31,662 bases of DNA from a virus (lineage: Duplodnaviria; Caudoviricetes). Of this stretch, positions 18,821 to 28,800 are shown piece after piece. The notes under the pieces are model-generated. The model did no database searches. It was not told the origin of the DNA and saw only the letters and a list, made by a program, of their open reading frames with translations. Each line of letters starts with the position of its first letter. The stretch's first letter is position 1. The stretch is taken from IMG/VR virus record IMGVR_UViG_3300034107_000750, positions 1 through 31,662 of that record; one strand, written 5' to 3'. The translations under genes and the position numbers were made by a program.

Positions 18821-21795
18821 TGCCAAAAATTTACATTAAAAATAGCCCTGGTAGTGGTGGTGGTGTATTTGATAATTTAGTTGGATATCAGCTTGTTACT
18901 GGTGGGGGGTTAACTTCTAGTACTTTTGAATTTACCCCCAATATAAGTGAAAGAATTCCTCGTAACTATTATACAAACGTTTTTGATGCTGGTATTAATT
19001 TGGAGAATTTAGGTATAAGTGATATTGGGGATGTGAGAACGGTTTTATCCAAGGAATTTGACGTTTATCCCAATTATGATATAACCCAGGTGATGAGTTT
19101 TGTTATGTATGGCTCATTATCTAAAAGATTATCTGTATCAATAACTAAAATTATAAATAATTTCCCAGCATCTATTGATGTTAATTTCTATGATAACGAT
19201 TTAATTACAGGTTATACTGCAACAAATATTATTTATGATTCAATAACAGATGATACAACTTTTGATATTGATATATCAAAAATACATAATCCACTTGGTG
19301 TTGATTTTAGTGTTAATTCTGACACTAATTTAATGGCAAAAGAAATTAAGGTATCTGAATATAGGAATTTGACGCAATATTATGCTGATTATGTTTTATC
19401 CATAAGTGGTGTTTCATATCCTTTAGTTATTTTAAATCCAAGTGATAGTTTAATTGGGGGCACTTTAAATATAACAGTTTCTGGTTCACCATTTGGTACA
19501 TCAAGTGCAGTTAGTGTAGATTCTTACATAATTAGACCTAGTGATTTCTTATATAATTTAATTTTAAAAAGTAATTTTGATGAATTAGAACAATATATTT
19601 TAAATACATTATCATCGCCTATTTACACAATGTCTTTACAAGTTCCACAAGAAAATGATAATGGTAAATTCACTTTAGTTAATACAAATTTAACATTCCC
19701 CTTGGATGGGATTTGGAATATTGATATATTATCGGAACAATTTACAAAATATTTAAATGACATTCAAGAGATTGCAACATATTTTGATAATGCAAGAACA
19801 AATTTAATATCAAGGTTTTTTGTTTCAGATTCGTTAAAAGAGTTTGATACATTTGATAGAAGGATTGAGAGTATGTTGCAAATATATGGCAGGAGTTTTG
19901 ATGAGGTTAAAAAGTTCATTGATTCTTTGGCACATATGAATTCTATTAATTATACACCAAAGAATGATATACCATCTCAATTATTATTAAATTTGGGGCA
20001 AACATTGGGGTGGGAGGAGAATTTCCAATTCTTAACGGACCAGACATTAATGGAATCCATTTTTGGGAACAATAGTGATTTCAAATATCCAGCATATAAT
20101 CGTTCACAAACACCTTTGGAATTAAATTATTCTTTTTATAGGAATTTGGTTATTAATTCTTTTTATTTATTTAAATCAAAAGGAACTAGAAGGTCAATTG
20201 AATTTATTCTTAGATTATTTGGTGCACCAGAGGCATTAATTGAATTTAATGAGCATATATATTTGGCTGACCAGAAAATAAATTTAATAAAATTTAATAC
20301 AGAGTTAGCAAAATTACAAACTGGTACATATGTTGATATTGACCCAATTACAACAGTAAATACTTATACTTATAATGGTATAACCTATTCTTCTGTAACT
20401 CAAAATACAAGTTTAATAAATGTAAATTTCAATACAGAAAATTACCCATTAGATAGAGAGACAGGTTATCCCCAACCAAAGAAAAGTAGTCAATTATTTT
20501 TCCAGATGGGTGCTGGATGGTATCAATTAACACCAAAACATAAGAGTTTAGAAATATCAACAAAAGTTGGCGTTGGAGCAAGTGCTGAATATAGTACTGA
20601 ATTTGAATCATTTACTTATGGGAATAAGTATTTGGATATATTTAGAAAATTCCCCTACATTGATGAAGGTTTCACATTGTCCAAATATGTGGATAATAAA
20701 AAATCTTGGTCAAGAGATAATACATTAATGAGGGTATCGGTTGATGGTAATTATAATGCTTATTATTTTGTAAGTGATGAAAGATTATTATTAAATGTAA
20801 AGAATGTTAGTCTATTCTTAAATCCAGCACAAGGGCTTCTGCACGACGTTTGGGTTCAATCCAAGGATTATGATTACCCCATACCACAAAGTGGTTTAAC
20901 ATTCCCCTATCCAACAACTGGGGGGACTGATTCAACAATTATAAATCCACAACCAAAATCAAAATCATTTTTTGAATTTGCATCAACATTTGCAAAGAAC
21001 ATGATTAATGTTCGCAACAGAATGTATATAACTGATGGCAAGACTGGGGGATATCCTACATTACAATCAATATTTTGGAAATACATTGAAGCACCATATG
21101 CTGTTGGAATACCAACAAACAAATATACATATGATAATTTAATTAAGTTTGTTGAAGGAATTAATCCTTATTGGATTAAAATGGTTGAACAAATGATTCC
21201 AGCCACAACGCTTTGGATGGGTGGTACTAAGTTTGAAAATTCTGTATTTCACAAACAAAAATATGCTTACAAGAGACTTATGCAAAATGTTTTTGGTGTA
21301 AAACCTAAAGCATTAAGTGATACAACCAATTATAGTATAAGTTCTTTAACCCCAATAACAAGTGGGGATGATTACATTACATCACCAATATTTTCTGATT
21401 TATGTATAAAAAATGGTATTAGTATGATTGCTACCCCAAATGATTCATTTAGTGTTATTTTGGGTAATGCAATTAATGGTGCATTAACTGAATATAATTT
21501 ATCTTGTGATGGTAGTAATGTATTGACTAATTGGTATAGTGAAATAATTTTAGATTCTAAAATTGTTTCAAAATTTAAATTTTATGATGGTATTGGAAAT
21601 AATGATGTACCTACAAATGCACAATGGGATAGTGCGTTAATTAGTGCTTTATCTAACTTACAATATTATGATATAAATTATAATAACCCATCAAGTGGTG
21701 TGGTTAATTTTATTGATTTGGATTGTGTTGATGAAATTGCATCAAATAAGTTAATAACTATAAATGTTGGGGTTGATGTAAATATAATTTGTTAA
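18820..21795 (+). CDS. Probable baseplate wedge protein (T4 gp7 / P2 gpI-like core), 991 aa
   Basis: IPSQLLLNLGQTLGW ... YLFKSKGTRRSIEFILRLFG resembles the 'L..LA...G...KGT..I...L..G' core of gpI/gp7-type wedge proteins. Confidence 0.55.
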   Translation: MPKIYIKNSPGSGGGVFDNLVGYQLVTGGGLTSSTFEFTPNISERIPRNYYTNVFDAGINLENLGISDIGDVRTVLSKEFDVYPNYDITQVMSFVMYGSLSKRLSVSITKIINNFPASIDVNFYDNDLITGYTATNIIYDSITDDTTFDIDISKIHNPLGVDFSVNSDTNLMAKEIKVSEYRNLTQYYADYVLSISGVSYPLVILNPSDSLIGGTLNITVSGSPFGTSSAVSVDSYIIRPSDFLYNLILKSNFDELEQYILNTLSSPIYTMSLQVPQENDNGKFTLVNTNLTFPLDGIWNIDILSEQFTKYLNDIQEIATYFDNARTNLISRFFVSDSLKEFDTFDRRIESMLQIYGRSFDEVKKFIDSLAHMNSINYTPKNDIPSQLLLNLGQTLGWEENFQFLTDQTLMESIFGNNSDFKYPAYNRSQTPLELNYSFYRNLVINSFYLFKSKGTRRSIEFILRLFGAPEALIEFNEHIYLADQKINLIKFNTELAKLQTGTYVDIDPITTVNTYTYNGITYSSVTQNTSLINVNFNTENYPLDRETGYPQPKKSSQLFFQMGAGWYQLTPKHKSLEISTKVGVGASAEYSTEFESFTYGNKYLDIFRKFPYIDEGFTLSKYVDNKKSWSRDNTLMRVSVDGNYNAYYFVSDERLLLNVKNVSLFLNPAQGLLHDVWVQSKDYDYPIPQSGLTFPYPTTGGTDSTIINPQPKSKSFFEFASTFAKNMINVRNRMYITDGKTGGYPTLQSIFWKYIEAPYAVGIPTNKYTYDNLIKFVEGINPYWIKMVEQMIPATTLWMGGTKFENSVFHKQKYAYKRLMQNVFGVKPKALSDTTNYSISSLTPITSGDDYITSPIFSDLCIKNGISMIATPNDSFSVILGNAINGALTEYNLSCDGSNVLTNWYSEIILDSKIVSKFKFYDGIGNNDVPTNAQWDSALISALSNLQYYDINYNNPSSGVVNFIDLDCVDEIASNKLITINVGVDVNIIC

Positions 21796-21799
21796 AAAA

Positions 21800-23959
21800 A
21801 TGGCAGCATTTGATTATTTTTTAAGCGTAACAGGGGATTGTTCAAACACAAATGTTGGTGCTATATCTTTATCATTAACTGGTGGAACAGCACCATATAC
21901 TATTGAATGGGTTGATCCACCTTTGGGTGTTGCTGTTACAACTGATATATTTCCAATATATAAAACAAGTTTATCTGCAACAACATATGGGGTTAGGGTT
22001 AATGATTCCACATTAGAACAGAATTTAGAATTTTATATAAACATACCAGTTTCTAGTGGTTGTTGTGCAACAATTGAATCAACAGTTAATACAAACAATG
22101 GGGAAAATAACGGGTCAGTTACAGTGGCAACAACCTCTGCATTTTCTTCAGTTGAATACAATCTTTATTCTACCAATGGTGATTTAATATATAATCAAAC
22201 AAATAATTCAGATTTAGTTGAATTTGGTAGTTTGAGTGCTGGAACGTATTATTTAACTGCTGATGATTTTGGTGGTTGTACAGCAAAGACAGAAAGTTTT
22301 ATTATTAATACATCAAATGCTTTTGATTTTGGTTTATATGTTGTAAATAATTCATCTTGTTATTCAACACCAACTGGGAAGATATTTGTAACAGGTCAAA
22401 CAAATCCTGGTCCATATTCTTATCTTTGGGTTGACAATACAACAGGTAGTACATTAACTGGTTTAACTGCTGGAATATATTCTGTACAAGTTACAGATGG
22501 ACAAGGTAATTCAAAAATTAAAAATATTGAAGTTACTGATACTGCTTCATTGGGGGTTGTACAAATTACTTTAACGCAACCAACTTGCTTTACTGCAACT
22601 GGAGCATTAAATATTACCATAAGCGGGGGAACGGTACCCTTCTATTATTCAGCCAATACTGGATATTATGATATAACTTATGATAGGAATTTTATAATGA
22701 CTGGATTGACTTCTGGTAATTATGATATTTCAGTTATTGATGCTGGATTATGTACATTAGATTTTACTGCATCATTAAATAATGACAATGGTGTGACATC
22801 AGTATCAATTGATGGGACTAATTCAACTTGTTCAGCATCAAATGGATTAATAAATATTAGTGTTGTTGGTGGAACTGGACCATACAATTATGGATTGATA
22901 AATCCAAGTGGGGATACAACAATTATTACCACAACATCAACAAATCATATTTTTGATAATTTAAGTAGTGGAACATATACTGCATATATGGAAGATTCTA
23001 CTGGATGTTATTTTGATGATCAAATTATAATAGTTTCAGAAGATAAATTTACATTAAATTATGCATTAAGTGGTGCAACTTGTTCATCAAATAATGGTAG
23101 TATATTTGCTTATATTAGCACAGGAGCAACACCCCCTTTTGATTATTATTTGAATACAACATCAATTCTTGATACAAATTTGACTGGGGTAACATTCCAA
23201 AATTTAACAGAGAATCAATATCTTTTAAGAGTTATTGATTCAATAGGTTGTGAACAGACAAAAAATATTCAAGTTACATCAAGCAATGGGATTGATTTTT
23301 CATTATATCCAACATCTTGTGTGAATGGTAATGATGCATCAATTACAGCATTAATTACTAATGGAATTCCCCCATTTACATTTAACTGGTCAAGTAATGT
23401 GAGTGGCAACCCACAATCAATAATAGCAAGTGGATTGACAAGTGGTAATTATAGTTTAACAATAGAAGATTCAAATGGTTGTACATTAACAAGAGAAACA
23501 ACAATAAATTGTTTTAGTGTTACCACATCATACCAAACATATGTAGTTAATTCACAGACATTTGCATTACAACCTTTAAATAATTTTGGATTATTAGATT
23601 TTTTAAATGAGGGGTTTTCTGATTTAGTTAATGCTGAATTTAGTGGGTCAACCACAATACTGGATCCAAAATGTTCATTAAATTCTGCAATATTTAATGT
23701 AGAATATACATTAGAACCAAGTGGTTTAACAAATAGCAATTCATTTTACACAGGATATACAAGAACAGATGTGCCAACAGATTCAGTTTATGTTGAAGCA
23801 ATAAAGTCATTGGTTGAGGTAATACCTGGTATTGATAGTGTTTCTTATGATTTGGTTACAAATACATTAAATATTATTGCTGAACCTAATGATAGTATAA
23901 CATCACAAGTTTTAACCATAAATTTAAAAATAATATATGATATTAGCTGTTCAATATGA
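21800..23959 (+). CDS. SprB-repeat (Bacteroidota adhesin-like) protein, 719 aa, without signal peptide
   Basis: About seven repeats of C...(N)G.I......GG..P(Y/F).Y.W ... (G/N)L..G.Y.V.V.D..GC. Confidence 0.8.
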   Translation: MAAFDYFLSVTGDCSNTNVGAISLSLTGGTAPYTIEWVDPPLGVAVTTDIFPIYKTSLSATTYGVRVNDSTLEQNLEFYINIPVSSGCCATIESTVNTNNGENNGSVTVATTSAFSSVEYNLYSTNGDLIYNQTNNSDLVEFGSLSAGTYYLTADDFGGCTAKTESFIINTSNAFDFGLYVVNNSSCYSTPTGKIFVTGQTNPGPYSYLWVDNTTGSTLTGLTAGIYSVQVTDGQGNSKIKNIEVTDTASLGVVQITLTQPTCFTATGALNITISGGTVPFYYSANTGYYDITYDRNFIMTGLTSGNYDISVIDAGLCTLDFTASLNNDNGVTSVSIDGTNSTCSASNGLINISVVGGTGPYNYGLINPSGDTTIITTTSTNHIFDNLSSGTYTAYMEDSTGCYFDDQIIIVSEDKFTLNYALSGATCSSNNGSIFAYISTGATPPFDYYLNTTSILDTNLTGVTFQNLTENQYLLRVIDSIGCEQTKNIQVTSSNGIDFSLYPTSCVNGNDASITALITNGIPPFTFNWSSNVSGNPQSIIASGLTSGNYSLTIEDSNGCTLTRETTINCFSVTTSYQTYVVNSQTFALQPLNNFGLLDFLNEGFSDLVNAEFSGSTTILDPKCSLNSAIFNVEYTLEPSGLTNSNSFYTGYTRTDVPTDSVYVEAIKSLVEVIPGIDSVSYDLVTNTLNIIAEPNDSITSQVLTINLKIIYDISCSI

Positions 23960-24507
23960 CAAACATTATAATTTCAAGCATAAGTGGAACAACACCTTTA
24001 AATATATATGTATCTGATGCATTTGGGGGTAATGAAACCTATCTGGGTCAAGTAACAACATTACCTTTGGTGGGTGATATAACATATGATTTACCTATTA
24101 TATTTAATTCTGCCCCCCAAGTTACCATTATTATTGAAGATAGTGAAGGGTGTAGAACAACAAAGAAATTAAATTGTTATATAGATTGTGATATTGTTTA
24201 TAATATAACTGATATTACATTAATTACTCCAACACCAACACCTACACCATCTTCAACGCCAGGATATATTCCAGTTGCCACATCAAATAATAAAATAACA
24301 TTAACATCTATAACAGGAACTCCACCATTTGGTATTTATATATCAGACATAAATGGAAATTATGAAACTTATGTTGCAACAATAACAAATACTGGAATAT
24401 TACCAGTTACCATTGATGTGCCCAATATATTTTCTGGGTCAAATCAAATTATTGTAACCATAAAAGATATAAATTCTTGCAGTTATTTTAAAATAATAGA
24501 TTGTTAA
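23956..24507 (+). CDS. Small protein with two tandem homologous beta domains separated by a Pro-Thr linker
   Basis: I.SISGTTPLNIYVSD..G.NETY...IIIEDSEGC..C versus LTSITGTPPFGIYISD..GNYETY...VTIKDINSC..C. Confidence 0.75.
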   Translation: MTNIIISSISGTTPLNIYVSDAFGGNETYLGQVTTLPLVGDITYDLPIIFNSAPQVTIIIEDSEGCRTTKKLNCYIDCDIVYNITDITLITPTPTPTPSSTPGYIPVATSNNKITLTSITGTPPFGIYISDINGNYETYVATITNTGILPVTIDVPNIFSGSNQIIVTIKDINSCSYFKIIDC

Positions 24508-25845
24508 ATGGCAACATATAAATTAATTGTAGTAAATACTGATCCAATATGTGAGAATAGTATTGAGAATGAGATAACGGGGGTTACTGCTTGTTCAAGG
24601 TATTTTATTCAACTAAATCCATCATCTCACTCAAAAGGACCATTTAATATATATTTAGATACAATTAATAGTATACCAATATATAGTAATATAACAAGGG
24701 ATGAGTTTTTAGTTGGGGTTACAATTGAAATATTATGCACAACTCCGACTCCAACTCCATCTATTACCCCAACTATAAGTTTAACACCAACTATAACAAA
24801 AACACCAACAAAAACACCAACCAATACCCCAACTCAATCAATAACATCAACCAATACCCCAACACCAACCATAACACCAACAAAGACAAATACCCCAACA
24901 CCAACTATAACACCAACAGTGACCCCAACAACACCAGAAGAATATGATGCATATTTATTTATTGAGCCAGTTAGTTTGAATGTTGAATTTAATTCTTGGA
25001 TGTCATCTGGGGGTAGTTTATTTAGGGGCTTTTCAAATGGTATTGGACCATCCATAAGTGCAACAACATTTAATGACCAGATTAATAGGTATATATCTTT
25101 TTCAGGTTGGGGTGTTAATGCACCACAAGTAAGGACAACAAAGATAAGTCAAAATAGTGGTGGATTTGATGAATATGGTAATTTAATTCAATCTTATTTA
25201 TTTAAGACACATGAAGTTCCGGCATATTTAACAACAGGTTATTCTTGGTATACTTGGGTGATACCAAATTTAAATACAAATAGAAATCTTGTTAGTAATA
25301 TTGGGGTTAATGAATATGGTGATCCAGCAGCATTGATTCCAGTTAATACAAATTTATTATATGCTGGATTAACAGTTATATATAGTGGATTTACAATTCC
25401 ACAAGATTATTATCATGTATATACAACATTTAGCAATACAAATTTCAGATTAAATAACAATAATAAAATATATTTTAAGGGAAATTCCTTAATTCCAGAT
25501 ACAAATGGTTGTAATTCTTTTGATGTTTATATGGATCCGTCAACACCATCAGTATTGTCTTGTTATGAGGTTTGCATTAATGCACCAAATACCAGAATAT
25601 GTGGAAAAACAACCACATTTAATGGGGCAAATGGTCAAAAATATTATATTGATTTTCAATCATGTTTAAACAATGATGATAGTGGTTGGAATGGAGCAAA
25701 GAATTTTAGCATAAATGGATATTGTTATTCAACCAATTCAGTTGGGGTTATAACAGGGTCAACAATATGCCCATCACCAACCCCTACCCCAACAAGGACA
25801 GTTACCCCTACTATAACACCAACAAGAACAATTACTATCATTTAA
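24508..25845 (+). CDS. Hypothetical modular protein with Pro-Thr repeats and a Cys-rich domain (445 aa)
   Basis: PT repeats at about 24740-24936 and 25771-25830; Cys-rich segment near the C-terminus. Confidence 0.7.
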   Translation: MATYKLIVVNTDPICENSIENEITGVTACSRYFIQLNPSSHSKGPFNIYLDTINSIPIYSNITRDEFLVGVTIEILCTTPTPTPSITPTISLTPTITKTPTKTPTNTPTQSITSTNTPTPTITPTKTNTPTPTITPTVTPTTPEEYDAYLFIEPVSLNVEFNSWMSSGGSLFRGFSNGIGPSISATTFNDQINRYISFSGWGVNAPQVRTTKISQNSGGFDEYGNLIQSYLFKTHEVPAYLTTGYSWYTWVIPNLNTNRNLVSNIGVNEYGDPAALIPVNTNLLYAGLTVIYSGFTIPQDYYHVYTTFSNTNFRLNNNNKIYFKGNSLIPDTNGCNSFDVYMDPSTPSVLSCYEVCINAPNTRICGKTTTFNGANGQKYYIDFQSCLNNDDSGWNGAKNFSINGYCYSTNSVGVITGSTICPSPTPTPTRTVTPTITPTRTITII

Positions 25846-25870
25846 CTTATTGCTAAAATGGAATGTTATG

Positions 25871-25878
25871 TATTTATA
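25871..25878 (+). promoter_or_regulatory. TATTTATA upstream motif
   Basis: The TATTTAT core ends 19 nt before the ATG at 25897. Confidence 0.55.
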
Positions 25879-25896
25879 TAAATAATAAATTAATTA

Positions 25897-28800
25897 ATGA
25901 GTTTTGAATATAAAAATCCAAAATCTTCTGTTGTTTTATCTGGGCCAAATTCTGTAAATCTTGATTCAAACACAGGATCCAATTTTAGTTCATTCCAAGT
26001 TGGGGGTTTTTATGAAGTTTTTAAATTAAGTGATTTAAATTTTACCATACCAAGTGGTGCAACTGGAACAATATTATATTCAGGCAATACAATCCCAATT
26101 GATTTTAGTTATAATGCACCAAATAATTCCCCAAATGTAATCAATTTATATTCAGATGGTGTTTCTTCTGGAAGGAGAAAACTTGGAATGATTGCATATG
26201 TATATGAGAATAATAAAACATATCAATATCAAATACCAAATTATGAAACATTATTTAATAATGCTGTAAATGCTGGTTCTGTTGTAAATATTGATTTTGG
26301 TTATCAAGTATATGATAACACAGTTGATGGAACAAATTTATTAAATGCTTGGACAGGATCAACCATTGAGGGTATAAGTGGAATAACAAGAGATAATGCA
26401 AGATGGGTTGAATTTAATCCAGAGATATACATAACAGGTGGAACATATAGTTCAGGTAATACCACATTATATCTTTATGATAATTCTGGTAACACCATAG
26501 CAGTTTCAGGGTTTAGCGTTAGTTTTAGTGGGGGAACAGGAACAAGTGGTACAAGTGGTGATTCAACTGGTACAAGTGGAAGTAGCGGAACTAGTGGTAC
26601 ACAAGGGACATCAGGTTCTAGTGGTACATCTGGAAGTAGTGGTACAACAGGAACAAGTGGTTCTAGTGGGACAAGTGGCACATCTGGAAGTAGTGGTACA
26701 TCAGGAAGTTCAGGAACAAGTGGTTCTAGTGGAACAAGTGGTACATCAGGAACAACCGGAACTAGCGGCACATCAGGTTCATCTGGTGTAAATGGAATAT
26801 CAGCAGGTCAAGTATATTATTTCAATGAAAGCCAGAATTCTGATGTTATTGGTTATAAAACATTATCAATTACTCCACTTGCAACTGCGCAACAAAGTGT
26901 TGTTACATTAGTTCCAGGTAATTCAACAGGGACATTAGTTTCAGATTATATAACACCTGAATTGGGTTTTTCTGTAATACCTGGTGGTACACAAAAGTTT
27001 CATTTACACTTCTTAAAAACAAATCAAAATGATTTGATGGATGCCTATGTTGAGATTCAATTGGCTAATTTTAGTGGACAAACAATTGGACCAATAATAA
27101 CATCAAATGTTAGTCTTATAAATTGGTTAGATGGTTCAACACCAGTTGAAGTAAATGTTGATATAACAATACCAACAACAACAATTAATCCGACAAATAG
27201 AATGATTGTTAGAATATATTTGAACAATCAACAAGGCTCATCAAAAAATGTGACATTTTATACAGAAGGAAATACCAATTATTCATTTGTTTTAACATCA
27301 GTTGGTGCAATAGCAGGTTCAAGTGGTATATCAGGTTCTAGTGGGACAAGCGCCCAACCATTAACAGAATTATCTATTTCAGGGGCAACAAATGGTTCAA
27401 ATAGAACATTTACCATATCCCAAGCAATTAATGGTTCAGTTAGTTTATTCTTTGTTAATGGTCAATTGCAACAATATGGTGTTGATTATACCATTGTTGG
27501 AGACCAATTAATAATTGATTCACAAAACCCAGCACCAACACCAAATTATATATTAAAAATATTTGGTGGAATTATCTTGGGTGTTAATGGAACAAGTGGA
27601 ACAAGCGGTGGAACTGGTAGTTCAGGTCAAACTGGTACAGCTGGAACATCAGGAACAAGTGGTGGAACAGGAAGTTCAGGACAAACTGGTAGCTCTGGAA
27701 CAAGTGGAATCAATGGGGATCCCATAAAATTAATCACATTAACAGGTGATTTAAATGGTTTAAATAAAATATTCACATTATCTGAAACAGTTTTAACAAA
27801 TAATAATTTACTTTTTTTAAATGGTCAGTTGTTAACATATGGTGATGATTATATTATATCAGGATTAACATTAACATTGGGTATTGATGTTCTAGCACCA
27901 ATAAGTTCAGATATATTAAGATTATTTGGTGGAATTGTTGTTAGTCAAGATGGAACGTCTGGCACAAGTGGTACATCTGGAACAAGCGGTTCATCTGGTA
28001 CAAGTGGCACATCTGGAAGTAGTGGTACATCTAGTACAAGTGGAACATCAGGTACATCAGGGAGTAGTGGAACAAGTGGAACATCAGGTAAGGCAATTGA
28101 TAAATTAACCATATCTGGAACACAAGATAATGTTAACACAACATTCACAATACCAAGTGGTGTTGAAATTCAGAATCATCTTTTCTTTTGGAATGGAATA
28201 TTACAATATTATGGTGATAGTTATTCCATAAGCGGAACAACTTTAACAACAGCATACCCACCAAAACCAAATGATATCTTAACCATATATGGGGGTACAG
28301 TTATTGGTGTTAATGGTACATCAGGTACATCAAGTACAAGTGGTACATCTGGAAGTAGTGGTAGTTCAGGTACAAGTGGTTCATCAGGTACAAGTGGTTC
28401 ATCAGGCACAACTGGGACAAGTGGAACAAGTGGTACAGCAGGGACAAGTGGTCAACCTGTTAATAAATTAATTTTAAATGGTGCAATTAATGGGGTAAAC
28501 AGAACATTCACCATATCTGAAACAGTTTTAGTAAATAATCATTTGTTTTTTTGGAATGGTCAACTACAAGAATATGGAACAACATATGGAGTAACTGGCA
28601 CAACATTGGAAACAATATATGCACCATTAAGTGGTGAAAACTTGGCAATATATGGTGGTGTTGTTATAGGTGTTAGTGGTACATCTGGAAGTAGTGGGAC
28701 AAGTGGTAGTAGTGGTTCATCTGGCACAAGTGGTAGTAGTGGTTCATCAGGAACATCTGGGAGTAGTGGTAGTTCTGGTACAAGTGGTAGTAGTGGCACA

